Positions 26,101 through 39,600 of a stretch of 64,000 bases of DNA are shown here, in pieces. Both the position numbers and the translations under genes were made by a program. The DNA lies in assembly GCA_973895155.1 (NCBI GenBank), contig OZ316892.1, forward strand, positions 10,706,283 to 10,770,282. The letters run 5' to 3'. The stretch's first letter is position 1. Each line of letters starts with the position of its first letter. This DNA comes from Marsupella aquatica. Its lineage: Eukaryota; Plantae; Marchantiophyta. The notes beneath the pieces were generated by a model. It worked only from the letters and a program-made list of their open reading frames with translations. It was not told where the DNA came from and searched no databases.

Positions 26101-26508
26101 TGGTGTCTAGATGGGGGTAGGAATAATGATGGAATACTCAGTAATGGCATGGTTTAAAATGGTATGACCAAATTAGAATTAAATCTATGTGGAATGACAT
26201 ATGGTGTATCCAAAATCATATGTATTGGGTTAGATCTCATACTTTAAGGTTGAAGGGCTCAAATGTTGTGCTCTCATAAGTTGTACTCTAATGTAGAGTC
26301 GCTTGTATGACTTCAACCTAATTGCCTTAACTGAGTTATAGTTACAACTTCCCTAAAAGTTGTAAACATGACTCCTCAAAACTTCACCAAAACTCAGTCA
26401 AGAAGGTGTGACTAACATGACACCAATAACCTTGGAGTCGCTGTTTCATGAAGGTCTCGGACAAGTCACATTCTTTGTGGTCTCAGAAAGGGTGGGTTTC
26501 TTCTAGTG

Positions 26509-29374
26509 ACTATAAACGGCCAAAAGAACGAGGTGTGCTCAAAAGAATCTTGTCCTGCATGGAGTAGCGGTTTCTACGGACAGTCTTAAAGTTTCTCCAT
26601 TTTGTCAGCAGTAAATTCTCAGCATACATTAGAGCCCACTCCGACCCTGGATGATCCAGTGCTCCAGTAAACCACCTGCTCAAGAGGGCATCAGAATAAC
26701 TGCGAAATTCTTTAAAGCCCAGACCACCTTCCATCTTGGGTCGACATAACTTGGACCAGGCCACCAGGGGGATCCGCTTCCCTCCCTGTTTATTCATCCC
26801 CCATAGAAAGACCCGACTCAAGGCTATCAGTCTCTTAGCCAAGGAACTAGGTGACCTGAGAAACATCATGTGGTAGACCGGGATAGCCTGTAGGACATGC
26901 TTGACCAGTAGCACCCGACCAGTGAATGAAAGAAACCGAGTAGACCAAGATGAGAGCCGGGCACTGATCCTGTCAAGACAAAAACCATGCAATTGTGCCT
27001 CAGAGAGATCGTAACCGAAGGGTGCCCCGAGGTATTTTTGGACAACTCCTTCCGCACTGATCAGGCAGCCAGTCTCCCTAAGCCAACCAGGGATGTCATC
27101 TAATGCAATAGGCACCACCACCGATTTGCTTAGATTTAATTTAGCACCCATCGCACGCTCGTAGCAATTAATAGCACATCTAGCCTGTTCAAAAGACTCC
27201 GCTGTGGCAGGAATGAACATCCCAAGGTCATCAGCAAAGAGTCTAAAGCAGATAGTCAAAACTGAAGACACCTGTATACCCTGTAGTCGACCTGCCTCAA
27301 TTTCAGCCTTGAAAAAATCCATGAGCGGTTGAGTAGATAGAACAAAAAGTAAAGGGGAAAGTGGGCAGCCTTGTCGTACCCCTCTGCACATCCTCACATC
27401 AGCGGTCTAGAGGCCATTAACCAGAGCCCTGGAGGTAGCACCACCAATCAACGATTTGACAAGAAAAATAAAGTGGGATCCTATCCCTAACAAGTACATC
27501 GATTCCCAGATGTAGGAATGATCTACTCTGTCAAAAGCTTTTTCAAAGTCCAATTTCAAGAAAAGAGATGGCGTCCTGGTACAATTAATCCAATCATTGG
27601 CCAGCCAGGTGAGGGAGATGTTTTCCAGTATGTGCCTACCAGGGATAAAGCCAGTCTGTTGCGGGCTAATCATACTGGGAAGTAGTATTTTTAACCTGAG
27701 GGCCAACAGTTTAGCAATGAGTTTATAGGTAGTGGTAAGCATGGTCAAAGCTCTCCAATCTCCTAAACGACATTTATCCGTTTTCTTCGGAATAAACCGA
27801 ATCACACCATCACGGATACAGGAGGCAAGTTGTCCTGTCCTCCAGAAATCAGAAATCATGTCATGAAAATCGGCTTCCATGAAGTTCCAGCAAGCTCTGA
27901 ACACTTCTGCCGTCATTCCGTCGATTCCAGGAGCCTTGTCATTGGGTAGCATCATTAGTGTCTCCTGTATCTCTCTCGTAGAGGGAAGCTCTTCCAGCAT
28001 TTTGATTTCTGCCGACGAAGGGGCAAAATGAGTGGTTTGGGTCAGTTCTCTACGAGCTGCATACATATCTCTGAGGGCTTCAGCAGTCCGCACAGGTGGT
28101 GAGTAAAGGGCCTCACAGAAGCTCTGTACTTCTTGAACCACAAGTTTTTCATCCCGTATTTCGCGTCCTCCTTCCACCACCAAGTACTCCATTCTTTCTC
28201 GCTGCCTCTTTGCTTTCACAGTTGAGAAGTAGAATTTAGAAGGCTCATCCCCCTGCCCAAGCCATTTAATTCGAGAGAGTCTGCGACAGTGATGCGCTTC
28301 TTCTAGCTCTAAAGAACGTACACTGTCCTCAGTGTTTGCAAAATCCCTGATGCTATCGGGGGAGTAATCTTCCATGATTGTAATCTTCAGTAGGCAAAGT
28401 TTCTCTTTCAATAGTAACATCTCCTGGTCGCGTGGAAGGGGAGAAGCCTGTAGGGTCATATAGCATTGCCTTATCCTTTGAAAAGCCTGTGCAAATCTCA
28501 TGTGAGGGTCAGAAGGGGGATCCGTCATTCCCGTCCAAGCGGCTTCCAACTTCTCGAGATTATCTGTAGTCCTGAGTACAACTGGGTTAGCTTTGAAATA
28601 GGTGGCGCGACGCTGGTTGGTTTCAGACAGGAGTGGCGGGTTGAGGCGGAAGGATATCAGTATGGGATCATGGTCAGAAAGGGCCGAAGTTCCATCATGT
28701 TTGAGTTCCAATAGTTCCGCAGTCCATCTGCCTTTTTCGCTGAAGTAAAAGCGATCTAATCAGGATTGAACCAGCACTCCATTGCGAATTCGTCGCCAGG
28801 TGAATTTGGATCCATTTACGTGACCAAGGATGGAGATAGCGTCCTGCAAATCCAATCTGAGCTTAAGAAACCTCCAGAACTCTAGCTCTCTGCCGCGGAT
28901 CAGTGGAGAGGGACCCGTTGAGTCTACTCTGGATTCCGTCATATTAAAATCGCCACAGAGTACCCATCTGTCATGGGGAAGCTCATTCTTCAGATCATTC
29001 CACAACAATGTTCTATCGCCTTCTGAGTTAGGTGCGTACACACTGATGAGTCCAAAGTTCCCATCAGCATGCTCCAACTGGACCCAGACTGCTCTCCCTC
29101 TGTCAAGCTGTCCCGATCCAAGGACCTTGAAGGAGGGGTTGAGAAGAATAGCAGTTCCACCTCGACCTTCATCAGGGGCAGAGTAAAAGAATTGATAATT
29201 GGGTAAAATAGTTTTAAGGGCGAGATCGAGGCGGAAGCCATCAGCTTTTACTTCCTGAAGCGCGAGGGCATCTAGGGGAGGTCTCAAAGTGGAGGTCCAT
29301 TGCAGCACAACATTTTTGCGATCAGGATCACAAAGCCCACACACATTCCAGGATGCAAATGTAAACGTTGCCAT
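26509..29374 (-). pseudogene. L1 ORF2 N-terminal part: APE endonuclease + reverse transcriptase
   Basis: Motifs SWNVCGL, ALQEVK, SVYAPN, GDFN, S*LDRFY, SDHDPI, KAPGIDG, LKLDFEKAFDRV, RQGCPLSPLLF, FADD, KYLGAP. One reading frame with stops at 28760, 27407 and 26510. Confidence 0.93.
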
Positions 29375-30672
29375 GATAGATTTCTTCCTTCGGCAGAACG
29401 TCTTGCCGAACTCAGAGAAAGTCCATCGTAGGAACTAGAGAGTCGGACTACTGGCAGCGCCTGTAGTCACCAAATGCAGAATGTCGGGAGAGCCTTTCAA
29501 TGCCGAGCCAGAGGGGCTGGCCGAAGCGTCCATCTCAGACGGGGGAATCCTAGATCCCTTTTTCAGATCCTTAGCCTGCTTTCGACTGGGCGTCACCCAG
29601 CCTTCAGCGTCCTGCACATTGGAACCAGGAGCGAAGTGTAAGGATTTTTGATTTTTAGCTTTCTTCTTATCTTTCTCTTTTTTCTTGTCATCGGGTGGTG
29701 ATCTTCTGGCCAATTTCCTCGCTCGATCCTTTTTAATTGCAGTACGAGAAATGAAACCTTCATATTCAGACAGCTCCATGTCTGAGGCAATCTCCGAGGC
29801 AGAGAGTTCCTCCTCAACCTCTTCCATGTTATCCGGGGTGCCCTCAATTAGAGAGGCTGGCGCCAACATTTCAGCCTGTCCCAGAGGTAGACCAGATACC
29901 GGTGAGTTTTTGCCAGGGATGAATAAACCAGTCGAGGAGGGAGTCGTAGCTGAGGTCCGCTGCTGTAAATCCTGGATAACCTTAGGAATAGTATTTGAGT
30001 CGGAGAGGATATGCATCGCAGAGGTATCCAATCCTAACCTCTCAGCGGACTCATCAATGGCCCGATCCATCACCACCAGCAGATCCTCAGCAGCATGATC
30101 CTGGGGATTTCCAAAAAGAGCTCCATCACTCGCAGATGGCAGAGCTCCCGCACCAGGAACAAAAGCAGGATCTTCTCCCAGGGCAGCAATGGCGAGTCCA
30201 GCATGAACCTCCGTAGTCGGGACAGCAACCACCGGTGCTTCGGCCCCAGCAAAATCCGGGGGGATCGATGTAGCATCCGTGGGGGGGCGTTCGTCTGGTG
30301 CAACCTCCTCATAGAGTCTACAGTCTCGTGCCAGATGTCCTTTCTTGTTGCAACGAAAGCAATGGAAAGGGATATTCTTTAAAATGACCGGTTGCCAGAT
30401 AGAGAGCCCTTCCTGAAAGCGAACCTCTACACTCAAGGGCAACTCACGTTGCGTGTCCCATAGGATGCAGGCCCAATCATGGGGGTAAGAACTAAGCTCG
30501 TCGCCTTGAATATAATGTAAGTGTGACAGGGCCGCAAACCCGGTAGTAACTTAGTGATGACTTATAATTGCATATATAAGTAGAAAGACAAGTAGGTGTA
30601 GTAAAAGTGTTTAGATTTTCAAATGTTCAAATTTTTTTATTTTTGTTAGTTCTAATAAATGGATGCGACAAC

Positions 30673-30860
30673 CGGAGCCCGCGAGCCGTGGGGCGCGAGA
30701 CGGAGGGCCGCCCCGCGAGTAGGCCCAGCCCCGAAAGGGTCTGCCGGGGCGTAAGCGAGGGGCAGCCGGGGAGGAGGAGCCCGCGAGCCGTGGGGTGTGA
30801 GACGGAGGGCCGCCCCGCGAGTAGGCAGTGCCCCGAAAGGGTCTGCTGGGGCGTAAGCGA
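30673..30860 (+). repeat. ~102-bp GC-rich tandem duplication within the solo LTR
   Basis: ggagcccgcgagccgtgggg.g.gagacggagggccgccccgcgagtagg...ggggcgtaagcgagg occurs twice. Confidence 0.85.
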
Positions 30861-31261
30861 GGTGGTAGCCGCATGGAAGTTGACTCTGGGTAACACGGGG
30901 AGGATCGGGAATTCCCTCCCCTTTGTTTTTTTTCTTTGGTTTTTTTCTTTGCTTCCTTCTCCGCGCGTGCAACTCCTTTCTTGGCCGAAGCACTCTGCCC
31001 TCATTTCCGAAAGCAATTTCCCCAAAGTCGGAAGCTCTCTACCAGCTCTTACACTTATTTTCGAAGCTCTTTCTCATGGTCAATTGTTGGGGCTTGTGGG
31101 CATGATTCTTCCGGGCATTAGTGGCAGCAGCACGGAGTGGCTTTTGAGGGAATTGAGGGTAATTGATTGATCGGGATACGGGGGCCGTTTCGGGCCAGGG
31201 GATTGACATTGCTACGGGTGACGGGATTTGGTGATTGAGAATTTGATTTTAGGATGCATGA

Positions 31262-33115
31262 ATGCTAGATCAACCGGAGTTTAGTGTGGCACGCATTCGG
31301 AGATACAAGGCTGCTTACCGTGACTACGTGGAGACTTTGATTGCAAGGGAGAGAGAAGAGAGAGAAGCTACGATGAGCACGGGATTGGCAGCAGGTTCCA
31401 CACCGGTGGGTAGGAGGATTTTTTGTCGAATTTATCCCAAGACCTCCGCCAAAGTGATGGAGGATTGTCGGAATATTTTCCAAGCCACCGGGGTTACAGA
31501 ATTCATGAAGGTGGAGATTACCATCCCTCCGGAGAAGAGCTAGGACATTGAGGCCGGGATGGAGTTACGAACGGAGGGAATCTACTTTGAATGTCTCAAA
31601 CGTGTAGTGCCCCATGTGGAGTTGGCTAGGCTGCTGTTTCTGGAGAATCAGAAATTCTCATTCACACCTCGGCACATTAGGGGAGAACTCACATTGAAGA
31701 TGGTGGCCACTTGGGTGATTAATCCCACCTCCACCACTGCCATCCCTCTTTCCGCTGTCAAGGATGTTGAGTATAAGGGATTCCTGGCCAAGGTTCATCA
31801 ACGGGTCCTTGGCAACGTGCAATCCGGGGTGGTGAATGAAGAGCATTTTGTGGTAGCTATGGACATAAAAAACCACCCAGCCCATGTGTACGGATGGTGG
31901 TACTACGGGTTGAAGAAGCTGTTGGCCGTTGATCCCGGGAGTGTGAAACCAGGTGGGGTTGTACATTTGATGGGGTCATTTGTATTGGCCAGGGCAGAAG
32001 GGTTGATTGGTTCCCCGGGACAGGAAGACACGGGATCATCTCTCACCACGGAGATCCGGAGTATTGCCACTACCGTTTTAGGGAAGCTCACGGAGGAATC
32101 ATCGTCGGCTGGTGGGGATGACGATAGAGGAGAAGAAAACCAGGATGAGGACTACACGTTGGAGTGGCTTGAATCACTCATGGGAGATCCGAAAAAGCCC
32201 CTGGTCTACAACATTCTGGATGTTTACCTGGCAGAGCTACGGGATTTCAGAGAGGGAGTCCATGAGGGACTCAAGCTAGTCCACGCATTGAGAGATTCTC
32301 TCAAGCACGCCACAACCAGAGTAGAGACGTTAGAGCAGAGTACCCTGTCTCTGAAGGAGGTGATCAAGGCCAAGGAGGGGACCATTCATGAGAAGGATAA
32401 GCTTCTCCAAGTAGCTCACGTAGAGATCTCCAACTTGAAGGGAGCCTTGTCCACCAAGGCCAAGGAAGCAGAAGAGGTGGGAGCGTTGAGACAAGCATTG
32501 GCCAAAGAGAAGCAGAATTCTGGAGAAGTGGTGGAGTGGAGAAACCAGGTGGGAGCACTACGGAGTCAGGTGGCCGCCTTTGAGACACGAGCAAAGAGGA
32601 GTGAGGCCTTGAGTCTGGGGAAACGTAAGAGCCCCGGCACACCTAGCTCCACACTTTCCCCGGATTTGATCTCCCAGGCTATTGAGATGGTGGTGAAGGA
32701 GGTTAGTGGGAAGTATGGGCCCTTGTTGGATGGAGCCAAGAAGAGTTAGGAGAAGAGCAAGGGCTTGGAGAAGAAGCTCCGGGAGGTACGGAAATCGTTA
32801 CGGGAGGCTCAGGTCAGTACGGGGATGCCACCCAGGTCTGTCACCCCCGGGACTCCCATGGCCACAGGGCAAGTTCTACCGTTGGAGTTGCGGTCCGGAG
32901 AAGAGGCTACCCTATGGAAGGACACCATTGGTGAGGGGTACATCAAGGCGTGGCAGGCCTTGGCCACTTTGAGGAAGCAAGGGAGCGGTAGCACGAAGAG
33001 TACCCCGGTAAAGAAGAAGAAAAGTGAGGTGGCACTCACTCCCGTGAGTGATGAAGAGGAGGCCCACTCACGGGGCACAAGCCAGGGCACCGAGAGTGAA
33101 GAAGAGGAGGAGTAG
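31262..33115 (+). pseudogene. ~617-codon ORF with C-terminal coiled coil inside the solo LTR; two in-frame TAG stops
   Basis: ORFs 31262-31543, 31559-32749 and 32765-33115 share one frame, separated by single TAG codons. Heptad-rich region LRDSLKHATTRVETLEQ...LRSQVAAFE. Confidence 0.7.
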
Positions 33116-36100
33116 ATAGTCGTACGGATGTGGTTGTACGGCCTCTGGATTTCCAAATTTTTTGTAAGGGGTCACTCACGGGCTTGTTGGAAAGAGCTCG
33201 CGGAGCTGATTCCCACAAGGGGCGGCGCTCCTCAAACAGAGCCAGGATGAGCAAGTTATGGCCCGGCAAAATTGTGTTTTCGCGATACAGAAACGACCAT
33301 AACTCAGGCACCCGATGTCCGTTGCGAGTGCGGCTGAGTGATTCGGGATCAGGAGGAGAAGGGCTATCCAAGGGTGAGCTCAAAAGTACAATTGATAGGG
33401 CACCTAGTTTCGGCCATTGTGGGGTGCCTTGCACTTTCGGGGTTCACGGAGTACAGTTGGGGCGCCGTCGAAGGCACCGTCGGCCCCTTGTTTAGGGTTT
33501 AGGGTTTTAGCAGCATGTGTGAGCCGCATGCCTTTTTAGTTTAGGTATTTCTTAGTGCAGGGTTTTAGCGGCGCCGCTAGGGTAGCCGCCATCGTTGTGA
33601 CCCCACGAGGGGTGCTTTGGTGTGGTTTTCGGTATTTAGGGGGGGAGCCCCGAAGTTGTTGGGGGGACTCAGCGTAGTACTTGGATGCTTTGGAGTAGCT
33701 TTTCTGAGTAGCGCACCGATTAGGAGAAGTTCAAGCCAGAGTAGTGAGGTGGAGAACGTAGCACTTGTCCCAGGGAGGCAGGAGTTGGGCAGACGGCAGG
33801 AGGCCGGGTTGTCCTTGCATGTGTTACGGGAAACACCAAGAGATATGGATTTCCTGGGAAAATATTTTTTATAATAAAAGGTGAGACCGCGAAAACCCCA
33901 CGGCCGGGGGGAAGCAAACAGCCCCATAGATACATCAGAACAACTCCCTTAGGGAGGCCAGCGGCAAAAGCAAAGGCCAGAATCACAATAAAAAAAAGAA
34001 AAAAGGGGGGACTAAACCTAGTGGCCCAAAATGTGAGTGACCCATACATCATGTCAACTTCTAGAGCCCTAGAGCCGGTAAAGCGAGGTATCCCATTCGA
34101 CCTCTTCCAATAGCTATCACTCCTAGACCAGCAACGCAGCCACAGAGGTGACTCTGCCAGTACTCCTAGCAAACCACTATCGTCGTTCTAAAGCTATGAG
34201 ATCCCTAGCCTTAGCCAGTCTGATGCGCCGCCCACCAATGGGGAGGCACCAGCCCGCAGCCCGCAGCCCGAAGAGATATGGATTTGGCTTGAGGTTCCAA
34301 TATTTTGTGTGTCACTTGTTGTTGCTTGTGTTGTTTGTTTTCCTCCCCTAGTGCGTGTGGTCGGTGTCGTTGTGGAAACATTTGCCCTTGTCACTAGTGT
34401 TCAAATCTTATTGTAAATGTTGGTATGCTTGCCCAAGAGAGGAGGGGGGTGGTGACAGCACTCACCCGGTGGGCATGAGTTGTAGATGGTAGGACCAGTC
34501 CCTTGGACTTGATCAAAAACGGAGAGACCAGTCGGTAGACTTGATCAAAAAGTACACTTCTGGGAGCGGAATCAAACATACTCATCCTTAGGTGTGGAAA
34601 TCCTCCAAATAGCGTCCCTCCACGACCCCGTAATACGATACCAACGGTTTAAGCAAGGAAAAGTACGGTTTGCACGTATTAATCATTGGATAGGCAAGTG
34701 ACAGTAAGATATCCCCAAGAGAAGCAGCAAGCATCCTGCGACAGGGTTCCAGAACTAAAGCCCGAAAAGGTATCTCAATCCAAACAGGTAACATCGTGTA
34801 GGTTTCGTTCCTGAGATCAAAGGATGGATCCCAGGGAAAGGTGAACACAAATTTTCGCTCCAGAAACCAAGGAGCGTACGCCAATGCTGCATCACGATGT
34901 GCAGGATTCTTGAAAACCACCATGTAGAAGTTCTTGCCGACAAATTTAACCTGAGACACCGGCCAGTTCATCTCTGCCACCAAAGTCGTTTCCACCCAGA
35001 ATTTAAAGGAAGGCAGCATAGGTGCTCGATCAGTAAAATAACACATCATAGTGCAGTTGAAGAGATCATTTACCGTCTCCGCAGCCTCTTCAATTGACCA
35101 ATTGATAGTAGTGTGGAGCTTGGAGGGCCAATCCTGTACGGATATATCAGCAATGCGCCTAAGAATGGGGAGGCAAGCCGTAGCAGCATCCGTCCTCTCT
35201 GATGCCGATGCCAGTCCACGATCATGTCGAGAGCCCTTAGCAGCATCAACTGGACATGATTCAACTGGAGTTCTAAGAGGCCCGTTCCCTCCTGTGGGGG
35301 TGTCAATATTCATGGCCTGTGCATCCTCTTCTCGTCGATCTCCAATGTCATCCCGGTAGTTATCTGCGAAAGGTGGTGTCTTCCTTCCTTCAAGCGCGTC
35401 CATCGGTGACCCCGCGGGAGCCAGGTAGGATTTCCATCGGGAGAAGCCGTCTGTGTTGTCTCTTGAGGGCTTAAGGCCAAACCAGCTTTGTTGTGGCTCA
35501 GGAGGTCGAACAGAATTGCTCTGGTCAAAGGTGGGTTTACATAGCGGTGCAGCTGAATCAGAGCGTGCATCCTAGCCAGAAAAGCTCTTATCAGGGAGAG
35601 ATGCTCGGGGTGAATCCTGGCTTTCAGGATAAGAACGACGATTCCTCTCTAGTGTGTCTTGTTCTCTCCAGTGTCCAGCTCCGCCCTCGTCATCCCGACG
35701 CGCCTGACCCTCACGCAAGAAGGTAGGCCCCATCATAAGAGCCCCACGTCCACCGGGAAAAGAAGAGCGTCCCGGATTGAAACCCATGAAGCAATGTAAT
35801 TCAGTAATGAATGACCGAGAGCGAGAGGTGCTCCACAGCCAGTCAAAAAGAGAGAAATCTCTGCAAAAGGCAGCAACAAAAAGGGGAGCGGAAGTGTGAT
35901 ACAAGCAAGCCAGCTCGAGCACAGCAGAAGCTCAACAATGTCGCCTGAATGCAGGTATGAAAGAGGGAAGAATCTCACCAAGTCTGAGAGACAAAATGTG
36001 TCTCAAGAGAACCGAGCCTGTTCAACCTTTACCGCAGGAAGCACCGAATCAGTAGAAGGACGAGGTCTTCTAAGAGGTGAGACAGCAGCCTCAATTTTGG

Positions 36101-36600
36101 GGTGAAAGAGATTTTCAAGCCCGTGACCTCGAGAAGCGCACACCGGCTATACCAAGGAATCAGTCACCGAGCGGACCGTCGCACCAAATCTCCTGTTAAT
36201 TCTCAGAGGCACTACGAAGTTGATCCATTCTTCTGTCCTTCACGTAGGCGTCGGCAAGCCCCGTTCCCAAAACCCTGTTAAGCTGGAGAGACCTTAAACC
36301 TTCGAACAAAGTGCTGATTTAGTATAACCGACGCGAGATGCGTCAAAGCCCTAATTCCATTTAAAGTGCGATGATCAACACTAGGGAAGTCAAAGTTCGC
36401 AAAGTTAGGCTCTAAACAAAGTAAATCTCCCCTCCATCCAGGAAGTAAACATCACAGGTACTCAAAACCAGAGATCGACCAACACCGTCGATCCGAGACC
36501 ACCAACAAAACCCCCAACCACAACTGTCAGTTCTTCAGTTCCGCTCAGCTCCGCTCAGCTCTGAAGTCGAGTCAACTATGCATATGATATATCAGTGATT

Positions 36601-39600
36601 AAAAGGCTGGATAGTCATTGCGGACTCCGCCCATAAATAACTAATTGTAGAGTCATTCAAGAATGCCAATGACTGCAGTAAGGGTAATGTTGGCAGTCAT
36701 ATTGGAGGTCATTTTGACCAAATGACCATATATGTGGTCATTCAAGACGTCCCTCATGGTGTCATTATGGGTCAGCAAAAATTATCATGTTTGGTCTAGG
36801 AGCTTAAGGTGGGCCCGAGTGGGCCATGGGCCATATATAGAGGTGGCAACCCCTCCACTAGGTGCAGGACACTATACTCATCATTGTCCATCAACTAGTT
36901 GCGGCGTAAACACTTTGGACACATGTTTTTGTGTTTACTTAAGGTATGATGCACCTTTGGGGAAATCACTCCCAAGTCATACGACTTTGGAGTGATTTGC
37001 CAAATTAAAGTGTCACCATGGGTGCATATCATCGTATCCAAATGCAAATGGAGCCATTTTTTGGTCTCTCCAAGAAGTAGCACAACACCAATGGAAGGTT
37101 GTCATACTTTGATTTAATTGTGTCATGTTTGTGTCAGTGTTTGGATGGGGAATATTCTATTTTGTAAATAAATAATGATGTGGCACTCCAGGATGTATTG
37201 TAATCTTTATTGGGTCATTTTTGACAAAATATGTGTTATAAATGCCAATGACTACAAGTAAGGTCCCGAGTATAGAAGGTGATTAAAACTGTCATATGGG
37301 ATGTCATATAAGTCAAATGACTGGACTTGTAGTCATTTGAGGGGTCCCTCATGCAATCATTAAGTAGAAGCACAAATAACCAGTTTGGGGCTAGAGGCTA
37401 GAGGTGGGCCCTAGAGTGCCATGTGGCCCCACATAGAGCTGAGAACCCCTCCACTAGGTGCGAGGCACTATGCTCATCATTGTCCAATCACTAGTTGTGC
37501 CGAACACTTTGGATCCATGTTTTTGTGTTTACTTAAGGCATGATGCACCTTTGGGAAAATCACTCCCATGCCATACAACTTTGGAGTGATTTGCCAAATT
37601 AAAATGCCCCCATGGATGCATACTATCACATTCAAAGGCAAATAAAAGTTGTTTTTTGTTCTCCAAGAGATAGTGCAGCACCAATGGAATGGGCGTGGTC
37701 ATTTTGCTTCCCTATGTGGTGTGTGTGTGGGTTTTGGGTAAAGGAATATTCTAACTTTGCAAGGAATCTAAAGTGGGCTCTCTTTGGAGGTACTAGGGCC
37801 TTCATTGGGTCATTTGTGAACAATGGCGTGTCATAAATACCCAATGACTACAAATAAGGTCATTGAAACCGTCATATGGGATGTCATATAAGTCAAATGA
37901 CTGGACTTGTTGTCATGTGAGGGGATCCCTTGTGCAGTCATTGAAGACAAGCATAAATGACCAGTTTGGGGCCAGGGGCTGGAGGTGGGCCCTAGAGTGC
38001 CATGTGGCCCCACATGGGGCTGTCAACCCCTCCACTAGGTGTGGAATACTATATTTACTATTCTCCAACCATTAGTTGCACCATAATTAATGTTGAGTCA
38101 TGTTTTTGCAGCGTTTACATAAGGCATGATGGAACTTTGGGGAAATCACTCCCAAGTCAAACGACTTTGGAGTGATTTGCCAAAAGTGTCACCATGGATT
38201 ATACCATCACATCCAATTGCAAGTGAAATAATAGTTGTTTTCTTGTTCTTCAAGAGGTAGTGCAAAACCAGTGGAAGATTGTTGTCCTTCTATTAACTAT
38301 ATCATGATGTTTGTGCCAGTGTTTGGGTGGGGAATATTCTATTAAATTGCAAAGGAATTATGAAGGGGCACTCCGAGAGGTAGTGTAATGGTGTGTCCTT
38401 AATGCCAATGACTATAGTGAGGGTCATTTTGGCTGTCATATTCCAGGTCATTTGGACCAAATGATTGCATATGTGGTCATTAGAGAGGTCCTTCATGGTG
38501 TCATTATGAACTAGCATAAATGACAAGTTTAGGGCTAGGAGCTAGAGATGGGCCCTAGAGTGCCATGTGGCCCCACATAGAGCTAGAAACCCCTCCACTA
38601 GGTGCGGGACACTCTATTTGTCATTATCCAACCACTAGTTAGACCATGAACACTTTGGAGCCATGTTTTTGCGTTTACTTAAGGCATGATGGAACTTTGG
38701 GGAAATCACTCCCAAGTCATATGACTTTGGAGTGATTTGCCAAAAGTGGCACCATGGATGCATACCATCGACGTATCCAAAGGAAATAAAACCTTTTTTA
38801 GTCTCTCCAAGAAGAAGTGCAACACCAATGGAAGGTTGTCATCCATCTATTTAACTGTGTCATGTTTGTGTCGGTGTTTGGATGGGGAATATTCTATTTT
38901 GCAAATGAATAGTGATGAGGCACTTTGGGAGGTAGTGTAATCTTTATTGGGTCATTTTGGAACAAAGGCATGTCATAAATGCCTATGACTACAAACAGGG
39001 TCATTAAAATTGTCATATGGGATGTCATATAAGTCAAATGACTGGTTTTGTGGTCATTTGAGGGGTCCCTTGTGCAGTCATTTAGGAGGAGCACAAATGA
39101 CCAGTTTGGGGCTAGGGGCATGAGGTGGGCCCTAGAGTGCCATGTGGCCCCACATAGAGCTAGAAACCCCTCCACTAGGTGCGGGACACTATATTCATCA
39201 TTGTCCAACCACTAGTTGCACCATGAACACTTTGGAGCCGTGTTTTTGCGTTTACTTAAGGCATGATGGAACTTTGGGAAAAATTTGCCAAACGTGGCAC
39301 CATGGATGCATACCATCGTATCCAAAGGAAACAAAACCTTTTTTAGTCTCTCCAAGAAGTAGCGCAACACCAATGGAAGGTTGTCGTCCTTCTATTTAAC
39401 TGTGTCATGTTTGTGCTGGTGTTTGGATGGGGAATATTCTATTTGCAAATGAATAGTGACAGGGCACTCTAGGAGATAGTGTAATCTTTATTGGGTCATT
39501 TTGGAACAAAGGCATGTCATAAATGCCTATGACTACAAATAGGGTCATTAAAATTGTCATATGGGATGTCATATAAGTCAAATGATTGGTTTTGTGGTCA

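Larger units (their letters stand above)
9709..26508 (-). mobile_element. Complete 16.8-kb CACTA (En/Spm) transposon with cargo genes
   Basis: TIRs CACTAGAAGAATCC (9709) and GGTTTCTTCTAGTG (ends 26508). 3-bp TSD ACT at 9706-9708 and 26509-26511. GTGACT/AGTCAC subterminal motifs at both ends. Confidence 0.95.
30522..34703. mobile_element. 4.2-kb solo-LTR-like insertion containing an ORF
   Basis: TGTGACA...GTGACA termini. 5-bp TSD GTAAG at 30517-30521 and 34704-34708. No gag/pol and no internal terminal direct repeats seen. Confidence 0.8.
29435..35403 (-). pseudogene. L1 ORF1 (DUF4283-like + CCHC zinc knuckle), split by the solo-LTR insert
   Basis: 34704-35403 encodes APWFLERKFVFTFPWDP...LPVWIEIP...LGDIL. 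This continues in frame at 30516 as HYIQGDELSSYPHDWACILWD...CFRCNKKGHLARDC. Confidence 0.88.
8403..36583 (-). mobile_element. Full-length L1-type LINE (~7.2 kb after removing nested inserts)
   Basis: 17-bp TSD ATGATATATCAGTGATT at 8386-8402 and 36584-36600. A-rich 3' tail (T-rich on +) at ~8403-8440. ORF1 and ORF2 both present. Confidence 0.92.

Noticed and set aside
34588-34703. C-terminus of the 271-aa ORF (SLAYPMINTC...)
   Set aside because: Read-through into the solo-LTR insert; the true ORF1 continues at 30516.
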